A stretch of DNA of 63,959 bases, the filler included, from Octopus bimaculoides (Eukaryota), in assembly GCF_001194135.2 (NCBI RefSeq). It is 4 parts of 4 records of this genome, joined end to end, with 100 filler letters (N's around TTAATTAATTAA, not from the genome) between each part and the next. Parts side by side here need not be neighbours in the genome. Positions count along the whole stretch, not along the records: positions 38,429 to 62,845 come from NC_068988.1; positions 62,946 to 63,959 come from NC_068983.1; 2 more parts are not named here. One strand, written 5' to 3'. The position numbers and the translations under genes are program-made. The notes beneath the pieces were generated by a model. The model was not told the origin of the DNA, ran no database searches, and saw nothing but the letters and a program-made list of their open reading frames with translations. Shown in pieces: positions 51,942-63,959 of this stretch (position 1 is its first letter; each line of letters starts with the position of its first letter).

Positions 51942-52690
51942 GTATAATTGGTAAATTGACGCATGCGCATTGTTTGTTTCTGATTTTGTCGACTACACAG
52001 TATAGTGGGTCACTTGGGCACCTTCTGTGAGAAAAAAAAGCGTTGACGCAATCCACTATGACAAAAATTTAGAAATGAGATGCTGTACTGCTTGACATTC
52101 GCGCCGGAAGCTCCCATACGAACATTTCAGAGTGTTAGTGTGTCAATCTAAGCACACTGAAATCGGAGGACATGTACTGAGTGTAACATAAATCAAACAT
52201 TCAGTCAACATCATGATGTTTGGAGTGATAACAAGAGATGGTCACATAATGCTTCCATTCATGTTCTCACACCACCTCAAACTCAACACGCACCGAGGCC
52301 TATAGCAAGTGCCTGGAGGTGGTAGTGCTATCTATTCTGGGTCAAGAGTGTGGCTGCTGGAATAACCTATATCTGGCAACAGGATTCTACATCCCTCTAC
52401 ACAAGCAAGAGAACCCACACGTCTGGCCGCCTAATTCCCCAGACTGCAGCACACTTAATTATTATATGTGTGGCGCAGTTGAACGAGAGACCAACAAAAC
52501 TCCTTGTAACACCAAAGATGAAATGAAGGCAAGGCTTATAGCAGTATTCACCAACATAAAGAGGAATACCGTTCAGAAGAGTTGCAGAAGATTCTGAAGT
52601 CGTCTGGAGGCCGTGGTTGAAGCCAATGGCGATCATATTGAATAAATATACTCTTTACTATTACAAGATATTTTTATTTAATTTTGGAAA
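51938..52690 (+). mobile_element. Tc1/mariner-superfamily (probably maT/DD37D-like) transposase remnant
   Basis: Remnants KHSVNIMMFGVITRDGHIMLPF, WVKSVAAGITYIWQQDS, VWPPNSPDCSTLNYYMCG, SRLEAVVEANGDHIE*; starts CAGGGT after (CA)n. Confidence 0.75.
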
Positions 52691-52881
52691 ACATACCTCG
52701 TTGGAGTTCTGATTGTTTTGAAGCACATGGAATTGACGAAACTTGTAACTCATTAGGCGCTTCTTCCATCGATACAGGACTTTCTCTAGTTGGAATGATA
52801 AACGTATTTTCTGCAAAGTCATATCTGTACGTCATTGGATTTTTGTGATAAATTCTTGTACAATACAAAAAATATGTCATC

Positions 52882-53588
52882 CGTTAGTGGAGCATTGATT
52901 CGGAAGTTCCAGGCTCTTGCGGAGTGTGGCACTATCTCTTGACAACTATTTTTCTCTACTCTATCTTGGCCGGTAGTAGAAGAAACTATCAGGATCTTAG
53001 CTATGGTTTAACTAGTATACATAATGGGTTCTGCTATTAGTAACAAATGAAAGGCCGAATCAGGTTTACCAGTAATCATGTGAAATTTCAGGTGTTTTAT
53101 GAGAGTGTCCCTTCACTAGAAGGATGCAGTTACAATAGTTAGGGGCTCCTCACTCTCGTTGGTCTTTCCAATTTGTTGTTGTCAGGACAAGCAGTAAAAC
53201 CACCAGGGTTTAAGGAGAGCGAGATGTTGTAGCAGCATCCTTCTGGATTATGACACTAATGTAAAACCAGGTCATCTCACTTCAACGTTGTACTAGGTAG
53301 TAATCTCTGTGACATAGATGGTGGTATTTGTGTCGTACAACAGTTTATCACTGCGATCCACTCACGTACAGTTGTTTCGTGATGGTGACCTCACTTGTCA
53401 TACTTCTACTGAAAATATATCCCCGGAATGACTTCAAAAGCACCCATTAGTGGAGCTTTGGTTCGTAATTTCCAGGATTTTGAGGAGTGTGACACTATAT
53501 TTGTCCACAATTCTACTCTGCTCTATCGTGGCGGGGCGTAGTAGCATCTATCAGGATCTCAGCTATGGTTTAACTAGCATACATAATG
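52882..53588 (+). repeat. Two diverged direct repeats of about 145 bp (52882-53026 and 53445-53588)
   Basis: Both begin c.ttagtggagc.ttg.ttcg and end ctatcaggatct.agctatggtttaactag.atacataatg; a related copy lies at about 31950-32085. Confidence 0.65.
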
Positions 53589-54269
53589 AAAATCCATCGG
53601 AAAGAAACACAGGAATATCCTTGGGTACAAACACGCACATACACACACACTTATCTTTTATGCTTTCGCTTTTTCAATCACTTTGACTGCGGCTATGCTG
53701 GGGCATCCCTTTCAAGGGTTTTGGTTGAACAAATTCACCCCGGTATTTATTTCTTTTTAGCCTAGCCCTTATCCCGCCATTCTCTTTGGTCGACAATTAA
53801 TGACTATGGCATACTTTGGTCTTTTTGTATTTTGTGCAAAAAGCTTTTTACACACTGCATATCTTCTTTCTTGCTTACAATCAACATAGCTTATTCTTTA
53901 TTCTCTTCTGAATTATTTGTCAAGAACTACAGTATCCTAATTCCTTCCTTCCTGCGTCAAACTTAGAGTTACTTAGAAAGCCTACCACTATATTCCCAAC
54001 GCAAGGATAGTCGCCCACTCATGCCTATTCCGCTCTACTATTCCTTGAAATACTTGCGCCACGCAATACTTATTTGACACACACATACACACACGCACAC
54101 ACATACACCTCAGCACGCACGCACGCACGCACGCACGGTCGCATACACGCGCATACAGAAAAACGCACGCAGGCACGCACACACACCGGTGCATACAGGG
54201 AATCTAGATATGTATGTATATATATCTATATCTATCTATATATATATATATACATACACATCCATATAT

Positions 54270-54314
<45 letters not shown>

Positions 54315-54388
54315 CACACATATATATACATAAATATATATATATATATGCACACACATATATATACATAAATATATATATATATATG

Positions 54389-54436
<48 letters not shown>

Positions 54437-54975
54437 NNNNNNNNNNNNNNNNNNNNNNNNNNNNNNNNNNNNNNNNNNNNNNNNNNNNNNNNNNNNNNNN
54501 NNNNNNNNNNNNNNNNNNNNNNNNNNNNNNNNNNNNNNNNNNNNNNNNNNNNNNNNNNNNNNNNNNNNNNNNNNNNNNNNNNNNNNNNNNNNNNNNNNNN
54601 NNNNNNNNNNNNNNNNNNNNNNNNNNNNNNNNNNNNNNNNNNNNNNNNNNNNNNNNNNNNNNNNNNNNNNNNNNNNNNNNNNNNNNNNNNNNNNNNNNNN
54701 NNNNNNNNNNNNNNNNNNNNNNNNNNNNNNNNNNNNNNNNNNNNNNNNNNNNNNNNNNNNNNNNNNNNNNNNNNNNNNNNNNNNNNNNNNNNNNNNNNNN
54801 NNNNNNNNNNNNNNNNNNNNNNNNNNNNNNNNNNNNNNNNNATATATACACACACACACACATATATATATATTATACACACCAAGACAAGTTACATGCA
54901 CTCAATCACAATCACAATATATGTACTGTTTATTGTCAATGACATAGTCATACTGATCACATATGCGAACGCAAA

Positions 54976-55052
<77 letters not shown>

Positions 55053-55599
55053 GCGCACACACGTATTCATATCTGAAATGTGCATTAAATTATAGCTTTA
55101 TAAGTTGTATGAAATTTTAACTGTATGTGTGTATTAAAATACATTTTGACAACGGTAAACAAATTAGCCTCAACAAATACGAGATGCCACGCTCTCGTAT
55201 CTCCCTCTCGCTCTCTCTCTATTTTTGCATGCATTTTTGCGAGACTTTTCTGTTACAAACCACAGTGGAGTCTAAAAAATCGTGTTATACTTATATCTGT
55301 AGCTTAGAGTACATGTGAAAGTGACGGATGCAGGCTGTTTCGGGCATCAATAATTAAATATATGTACTGTTTATTGTCAATGACATAGTCATACTGATCT
55401 ACTTACATTTTTTTCTTTCGCATTGTGAATTGTTGCTCAAACAGTAAAGCAGAATTAAAAAGAAAAATAATGAAATACGTAAGCGAAAATCAATTTAAAG
55501 GCATTTTTATTTTTATTTTTAAAGAAGAATTAATATATTGATTGACACCAGCATATCTTCCTTTCTTTATTTCGCACATTGATCTCACAGCGTATTAAG

Positions 55600-55689
55600 T
55601 TGGCATAATCATCATCATCATTATCATCGTCATCATCATTGTCGTTGCCATGTTCATCATCATCCTCTTCCGCATCGTTTTTATCGGTG

Positions 55690-55726
<37 letters not shown>

Positions 55727-55960
55727 AGTCGTGATGACGTCGCTATAATCATCCTCTTCCTCGGAGTTGTCATCTTTGTCATTAACGTCATCATTCTTAT
55801 CGTCGTCCTTCGCTGCATCATCATCCCGTTCTTCAACATTGCCGTTGTCGTCACCCTCATCATATTCCTCTTTCTCGTCGATGTTTGTCATCATTATCAG
55901 CATCATCATCATCACCACCGTCATCATCAGCACCACCGTCAGCATAAGTAGCATGATTGT
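55600..55960. repeat. Cryptic trinucleotide (CAT/CGT) low-complexity tract
   Basis: 3-periodic catcat/cgtcat arrays; gives poly-D/M/S ORFs. Confidence 0.85.
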
Positions 55961-56992
55961 ATAATGTGTTATTGTTTATCTTCACTTTCCTCTGTAACGC
56001 CACATTTTGATCACCCTTACCCCTATTCTTCTCATCTTATGAAAACACCCATGATAGTCCTCGGAGAATAATGTGACCATCACGACTGAGAGGACAATCC
56101 AGAACTACCTAGAGACCCTGGAAATAGCAAAAAGGATTGATGATGATATTAGTGGGATGGTGGTGGCAGTGGTGGTGGCGGCGCGGGGACGAAGACGGTC
56201 GTGGTGCTGGTCGGCGTGATATTTCCAGAGACATTAAGTCGGAGACAAAGTTGAGATTGCCACGGATGCAAAATCTTGGATCGTAAGTTTATTCAATGAG
56301 GAATTGTTTGTGTCCAAATAACTAACACCGTACGTACTGCCCCTAAAGATACCACCACCATCACCATACCATCCTCTAGCAGTCTTGGACATAGCATATC
56401 TGAAATATTGAAGTCATACTCATTGTTGGAAAAACCTTTAATAATATGTCTGCTAGTTTAGAACCGACAGGGCTACACAACAACAGAAATAACGAAAGCA
56501 ATAGTAATTCCACCAACATTGCTAGGAACACAGCCAAAACGATTATACATCTAATAGTCATAATCATGTTCCTCACAGTCAATTTCATCACTACAATTAT
56601 TTCTACACTTAAGAAAATAAAAATAAAATTAAACTAAGGGATCTAACCCAAATGGGCCAATGGTGCAGATTTTAAGGTATTAGTTGTTTGGAATGTCGTA
56701 CACACGGAAAATAATGCGCTTTGTGGTCACGTAGATTCCTGTTTAATCGTACTAGGTGTAACCTTGATCAAAAATCTATTGTAGCCTCGGGTCGACCAAT
56801 GCCTTGTGCGTGAATTTGTTAGACAGAAACTGTGAGGTAGCCTGTCGCAGATGAACGTATATATGTTTGTGTCGTTGTTCTTATGTTGCGTTTGTGCTCC
56901 ATCACCGATTGCCAACAAGTGTTGTCTCTTTACCTACCTGTAAATTAGCGGTTCAGGAAAGAAGGCCGAAAAAATTAATACCGGATACAACA

Positions 56993-57090
<98 letters not shown>

Positions 57091-58118
57091 GTGTGTGTAT
57101 GGGTATTGAGTTCGATGTGCTTGACTAAATCCTTCAAAGCAATGTTCCAAGCTGGCCGCAGTCCAATGACTGAAACAGGTAAAAAGTAAAAGATGGTCAA
57201 CAATATTTTGTATAAGGTATTGAATCCTACATTGATCTTCCAAGCAGTCATCACAATTTCAAATTGTCATTGCTTCACCGATACATTTCCAGCTTGCCAC
57301 ATTGTTCCATTGCCACAATAACACATTTCAACATTATCGCATTGCCACCCTGTTTCATTCTATAATGGCTCAATGTAATACAATTATTTTGTTACGCTGT
57401 CACATTTCCGCTCTGAATTTCATATTGCCACAACTTTGCATCACCATACGGTGAACAGAACTGTGATTTTGCCAGTCTTCTGCAATATCACATTGTTTTA
57501 CTGATATATCACCACATTGTAACGCTACCCCAACGTCCCATTTCCACAATGCCACATTGTCAATCAGAGTATTGGGAAGTATTTTTCCATTGTGAGATCG
57601 ATCACACCATTCGCTTCACCACCGCGGCAGACACACAATAGCAGATTACAATGGTAAACTTGATGTGAATTTGCACTTCTCAGGGTTGATACAATTGTGA
57701 AGTACGGATGACGATGACACTATGACTAAAAAAATAATCGCAGATGTTCGAGATATTTACTATCATTTAAGATGCCCGCTTGATGTAACAGAAATCCATG
57801 GGAAAATAATTATCGCATAACGGAATTTCACTTTACAAGAAAAATTTCAGCAACGCTATGCTTTTCCATAAGACCGGGTTTCCTGTTCTGGTTATAATAA
57901 CGATGAAAGTATTGAAGTTGAGGAGGGAGTAAAAGAAGGTGACGCAAGGATAAGGGAGAAGACGATAATTTTATTTTAATATTTTTTTAAAGGACAATGA
58001 GGGTGTTGTTGATATATGTTGCAATGTGTGTGTAATATTTGTGTCATTGGGCATGGGTTGCATTATTGATGCTTTTGGAGTTCTTCAAGCTGTTAAGGAT
58101 AATGGTACTGCTCACGTT

Positions 58119-58165
<47 letters not shown>

Positions 58166-58594
58166 TATTGTTTATCTTTTTTACCTTGAAAGAACTGATT
58201 AATTACGCTTAAGACCAAAGACATCCCAGTCATGACCATCCCCTCTTTATATTTAATGTGGTTTAGGTATATAATACTTCTACTTACATAATCGCAACTG
58301 TTAAATGTTAAGACATGAGGGCGATTTTGTTGCTATTTCTTACACGTGAAGAAGCGACGTTATAGATGTTTCTATGTTGGTTTTATTGGTGGAGATCTTT
58401 TCCTTTCTGTTGGTGGTGGTCGTGGTGGTAAACGTTTCAGTGTAAACAGTTTTTTTCTTCTTCCTACTAATCCTGAAAAAGTTTGGGCGAAGGGATTGGA
58501 TTTAGTCAAATCCGCTCCGACAATTTTCTTGAGCTCGTGAATACGAAATACCTAGTTGACTTCAGAAATATTTGAACAAGAAATATTTGAACAA

Positions 58595-59095
58595 GACGAC
58601 GAGCTGGCAGAATCGCTAGCGCGCCGGACGAAATGCTTCGTGGTATTTCGCCCGTCGCTATGTTCTGAGTTCAAATTTCGCCGAGATCGACTTTGCCTTT
58701 AAGGCGCAAGAGTGGCTGTGTGGTAAGTACTTTGCTTACCGACCACATGGTTCCGAGTTCAGTCCCACGGCGTGGCACCTTGGGCAAGTGTCTTCTATTA
58801 TAGCTTCGGGCCGACCAAAGCCTTGTGAGTGGATTTGGTAGACGGAAACTGAAAGAAGCCCGTCGTATATATGTATATATATATGTGTGTGTGTGTTTGT
58901 CACCCTACCATCGCTTGACATTCGATGCTGGTGTGTTTACGTCCCCTTAACTTAGTGGTTCGGCACTAAGAGACTGATAGAATAAGTAGTAGGCTTACAA
59001 ATAATAAATCCTGGGGTCGATTTGTTCGACTAAAGGTGGTGCTACAGCATGGCCACAGTCAAATGACTGAAACAAGTAAAAGAGTAAAAGAGTAT
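58595..59095 (+). mobile_element. Head-to-tail chimera: family-1 SINE 5' half (58595-58700) fused to a full CORE-type SINE (58701-59095)
   Basis: gacgagctggcagaatcgctagcgcgccggacgaaatgc...gatcgactttgccttt | aaggcgcaagagtggctgtgtggtaag...aagtaaaagagtaaaagag. Confidence 0.75.
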
Positions 59096-59934
59096 GAAAC
59101 ATAAAGAGACACAAACTTTGTTTGGTAATAGTGATGCTTAAAACAATATGGAGCCATGAAGGAGAAGCCACCATTAAAACATCAGATTCCATACGAACAC
59201 CCAGATCTCTATAATTGCATCTCCCTACCTTCAATGTTTTAGTTATTGTATCTCCCATAATCATCCCACCAGAATATACAGTATCAATATCACAGTAATC
59301 TTTCTACCTCCAGTTCTTATTTCTCTGCCTCTTAATATCATATAACATGTAATTTCCCGTCTACGCTTCATTTCAAACGATATCACTAGTATCATATCGA
59401 AACCTGTTTCACCAACATAAACCTAACGAACCAAAATCACCAACCACTCCACAATGAACCCAACAAACAATATTAGCACCACCACCACCACCACCACCAC
59501 CAACATAACTCTAACAATTACTAATAAATGTTCCACTAGCTTAAACCTCACAACTACCACGCATACAGTACAACCTCCGTTTCATCACTATAATCTTAAC
59601 AACCAGCATCATAACTAAAAACCACTTTTACCAGCATTATCACTAGATCAGCTACATGTCATTCTCCATTACACGACCGACATATGCATTTTTTACAAAA
59701 GAAATCACCATAAACTACAACAACTCTGTCAGTAATTTGTACAACCACCGGCATCACAACAACCACCGGTACCACCGCAGTTAACATCAATCACCACCGC
59801 TGTCTACGCCGTTGTGGTGATAAACACCATCAGGTCTAGCACGGTCGCTAACGACACCTCCATTACCCTCGCAGAAACACTCTCATCGCCACTACAAGGG
59901 CCATCACCACTATCACCACCGACATCACAACCAC

Positions 59935-60220
59935 TGTCATCATCATCATCATCATCATCATCATCGTCGTCGTCGTCATCGTCACCACCACCATCATCAT
60001 CTTCATCATCATCGTCGTCATCGTCATCACCACCATCATCATCTTCATCATCATCGTCGTCATCGTCATCACCACCACCACTATCATCATCTTCATCATC
60101 ATCGTCGTCATCGTCATCATCGTCGTCATCGTCATCACCACCACCACCATCACCACCATCACCAACCTCATCATCATCGTCGTCATCGTCATCACCATCA
60201 TCATCATCACCATCATCATT

Positions 60221-60253
<33 letters not shown>

Positions 60254-60260
60254 CAGCAGT
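59935..60260. repeat. (CAT/CGT/CAC)n tract with a higher-order unit of about 40-48 bp
   Basis: Unit catcgtcgtcatcgtcatcaccacc(acc)atcatcatcttcatcat appears about 4 times. Confidence 0.8.
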
Positions 60261-62415
60261 CGCAGCAGCACCACAACTACCTTCATCACTATCATCATAA
60301 TCATCATCATCACCACCACCACCACCACCAGCACCACCAGACCACCGCTGCCTTCCTCAACTCAGCCTCTCCAAAACGCCATCACCATAATACTGGCAGC
60401 CCCACATAGCCAGCATCACCGACATCACCAGCAAAGCCCCCCGCCCCCACCACCACCACCACTAACATAACCACTACCAACGCTATCACCATCACCACCA
60501 CCACATCACCACCGCCGTCGCTACCGATAATAACAACGACCACCGCCCAAACACCCTCTCCGCCAACACCACCACTGCCAATAACGACAACATCACCACT
60601 GCCGCCACTCCGAAAATTGTGGTGATGATGATAATGGTGGTGGTGGTGGTGGTGTCGGCGCAGTGGCACTTACTGAAACTGTTGCTGCTGCATCTGAAGC
60701 TGCAACTGCTGCCCTATTCTGCTTATGTAGTTGCTGCTGCTACTGCTACCGCTGTTGTTTTTACTGCTGCTTTTGCTGCTGCTGTTGTTGCTGCTGCTTC
60801 TGCTGATGGCGCTGTTGTTATTGTTACTGCTTCGGTTAAAGGCGTCGGTGGCGTTGATATTGTTGTTGCTGTCGTCGTCGTCGTCGTCGTCGACATCTTG
60901 TACAGAAGCCGATAGAAGCCAGCAGTCAGTGCATACACACTGCACTGGGAATACGTTTACTTTCACTTCTACCGCACACATTTAAAACGAACCTGTCTGT
61001 CCGTATGTCTGTATGCCTGTTTTTTTACGGCCTGTCCGCCGGTGCTCGGCCGAAACACAATGAGGAAATTGAGAAACATTACTTTATGTTTCCCTTAAAC
61101 CAAGCGACAACAACACGAACGACAAAATAAAACGATAAGACAGACAAAGTAATTAAAATAAGTTATATAAATATTATTATTACACGTAACATGAGAAAGA
61201 AAAATTAATTACTTAAAATAAGATCTATTTTGGATAAATTTAAATAATGTTAATGAGTATATTTAATATAAATATATTTAGTGCATAGCTTTATTTCTAT
61301 ATTTCCGCGTGTAGATAGATTANNNNNNNNNNNNNNNNNNNNNNNNNNNNNNNNNNNNNNNNNNNNNNNNNNNNNNNNNNNNNNNNNNNNNNNNNNNNNN
61401 NNNNNNNNNNNNNNNNNNNNNNNNNNNNNNNNNNNNNNNNNNNNNNNNNNNNNNNNNNNNNNNNNNNNNNNNNNNNNNNNNNNNNNNNNNNNNNNNNNNN
61501 NNNNNNNNNNNNNNNNNNNNNNNNNNNNNNNNNNNNNNNNNNNNNNNNNNNNNNNNNNNNNNNNNNNNNNNNNNNNNNNNNNNNNNNNNNNNNNNNNNNN
61601 NNNNNNNNNNNNNNNNNNNNNNNNNNNNNNNNNNNNNNNNNNNNNNNNNNNNNNNNNNNNNNNNNNNNNNNNNNNNNNNNNNNNNNNNNNNNNNNNNNNN
61701 NNNNNNNNNNNNNNNNNNNNNNNNNNNNNNNNNNNNNNNNNNNNNNNNNNNNNNNNNNNNNNNNNNNNNNNNNNNNNNNNNNNNNNNNNNNNNNNNNNNN
61801 NNNNNNNNNNNNNNNNNNNNNNNNNNNNNNNNNNNNNNNNNNNNNNNNNNNNNNNNNNNNNNNNTATATATATATATATATGATTGTATGCATATTTGTT
61901 GTAACGAAATATAGAAAACCTCTTGACAGAAAAAAAGAATTGAAAAAAGTGATATATAAGATACTACAAAAAGAATTATAGAACAATAGCTAAAGAGGGA
62001 TAAAAATAATATAAAATCTTCCAACCCTAAAGTTTACGAAAAAAAAAAGGTATTTCAGTTTGTCTACACAATTCGACGATATTAAAGTAAAAAAAAAACG
62101 CGAAAACAAAACAAACAACATTAAAGAACAAAAGCAGCAACAACAACAATAAAAAAATAACAGAGCGACGTTATTCACCTCTCTGGATGCACACACATAT
62201 TTCGTCAAACCTGGAATTACGAAGGGTGCTGTAAGGCAAACATTCAAATGTATTCAACTTAAGCAAAAAGGTAGGAAAGTCTCATATTCTGGATTTCTAT
62301 GCTGTATTTATAAGTTTATGTATGTATGTATGTATGTATGTATGTATGTACGTGCCTACGTATGTATTTATCCATGTACATGTCTATGCATGCATATATA
62401 TATATATATATATAG

Positions 62416-62461
<46 letters not shown>

Positions 62462-62484
62462 GTGTTAGTGGATAGATATATATG

Positions 62485-62519
<35 letters not shown>

Positions 62520-62758
62520 TAATGTCTGTGGGTATGTAAACATTTAAATGTATATAAATATTTGTAGTATTGTGTATCACATATATATGTATATATAAAT
62601 CCGTACATACGCGGACGTATATGCATTCATCGATATATGTTTGTGAGTGTGTCTAAATTTAAGTATATATAAGTATTTATACTTTTAGGCATATATTACA
62701 TACACACACATATACACAAACATACTCGCATAATATACCTACATAATATTACATATAC

Positions 62759-62845
<87 letters not shown>

Positions 62846-62945
62846 NNNNNNNNNNNNNNNNNNNNNNNNNNNNNNNNNNNNNNNNNNNNTTAATTAATTA
62901 ANNNNNNNNNNNNNNNNNNNNNNNNNNNNNNNNNNNNNNNNNNNN
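62846..62945. other. Artificial sequence-joining spacer 3
   Basis: 44 N + TTAATTAATTAA (62890-62901) + 44 N. Confidence 0.95.
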
Positions 62946-63257
62946 ATATATATAAATGGTATAGTCCTAGATGTTTTCACGTAGCGATTTGATGTAGCGA
63001 TTTGATCTCCCGTTGTCCAAATTCCCAGATGAAGCTACAGCACTGCAGGAGGCTGAAGAGGGGGCGGCAATGTCAAATTCCTTCTTTCACCAAAAAACCA
63101 ACCGCGTAACCATGGTCACAGAAGAGGTACTCCAGCATGACCGCAACCTTTGGGCTGAAATGCATAAAAGGATAAAATGTATATACACATACTTATGTAT
63201 GTGCTGTACGTATGTATATGTAGTTATGTGGATTAGTGTGTATGTTTGTATCAATGC

Positions 63258-63289
<32 letters not shown>

Positions 63290-63464
63290 GTATGTATATG
63301 TATGTGGTGTTTGTGTGTCGTTATGTCTGCATATATGATGATTGTCAGAGTATGTGAGCGAGATCAGTAGGCGGTGCTTAATATAGAGTTATCTGGGCAT
63401 TTCATATCGACTGCCGTCCCTCCTACTTCGACCACACCCATCACCAACCACTATTAACACAAGA

Positions 63465-63835
63465 CGTTTGGTCTGCTAGAAATGGCAACCAAGTCCCACT
63501 AAATTAGGTTTCACCGTTTTAGAAAAATACACGTTTGGTAACATCGTCGTGGATTTACGTCATTTAAGGAAATGACGTGATTGGCACGGCTGGAATGCTT
63601 ATTATTATCATAGGTCTGCTAAATCAAGGCAAATCAGAAGGTAAACAACACTAACAAAGGGCAGTACGATCTGCTAGAAATAACAGCCAAGTCTTCCATA
63701 GATCAAGTACCAGCGTCTGTACACAACGATGGATTGGACTGTATGGTGTATGTGATATAAAAAAAAAAGGATGAGATGGTCACGGTTGAAACGCTGCTGA
63801 TGATTAAAAATCTCTTCGGGTTTAAGATTTAGGTC
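63465..63835 (+). repeat. Two tandem diverged copies of a dispersed repeat (ctgctagaaat..cagccaa...ggctggaatgc..tgatcata..tctgct)
   Basis: Related pieces at about 2350-2410, 27320-27365, 27690-27860 (minus), 29620-29690 (minus), 34050-34140 (minus) and 58200-58340 (minus). Confidence 0.55.
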
Positions 63836-63959
63836 TTAGCAATACTACCACCATCATCGTCACTGCCGTAACCACCAGACACACCACCACCACCACCACC
63901 ACCACCAACACTTGCACTACTATCACAACTATCACCCGCCCTACAGCCAACCACACCAC

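Noticed and set aside
56229-56282. 54-nt candidate exon with GTAAGT donor (DIKSETKLRLPRMQNLG)
   Set aside because: Weak polypyrimidine tract, no homology and no compatible partner exon seen.

Overview
AT-rich, repeat-dense eukaryotic genomic DNA. The SINE, LINE and microsatellite content is typical of an octopod cephalopod (probably Octopus; inference). The window is not one contiguous locus. Three identical 100-bp artificial spacers (44 N + TTAATTAATTAA + 44 N) at 22118-22217, 38329-38428 and 62846-62945 join four separate sequences. Segment 1 (1-22117) carries four phase-compatible GT-AG coding exons (95-273, 5653-5831, 9211-9343, 11727-11883, + strand) of an UNC80 homologue (NALCN channel complex subunit). 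Its introns hold decayed RTE and CR1/L2-type LINEs, tRNA-derived and CORE-type SINEs, a deleted mariner, a piggyBac-like MITE, foldback inverted repeats and a 228-bp duplication. Segments 2-4 contain no gene I can confirm, only mariner/maT remnants, a 1.7-kb CR1/L2-type LINE, younger SINEs, MITEs, a probable solo LTR, low-complexity tracts and a few weak exon candidates. Most notable signals: (i) CpG decay of shared repeat families inside the unc80 gene body but not in the other segments; (ii) closely spaced inverted repeats in unc80 introns (possible ADAR substrates); (iii) a degenerate minimal hammerhead-like motif; (iv) a weak Dpy-30/RIIa-like exon candidate. No prokaryotic-type system (CRISPR, operon) is present, and almost all ORFs in the supplied track are microsatellite, gap or TE artefacts.
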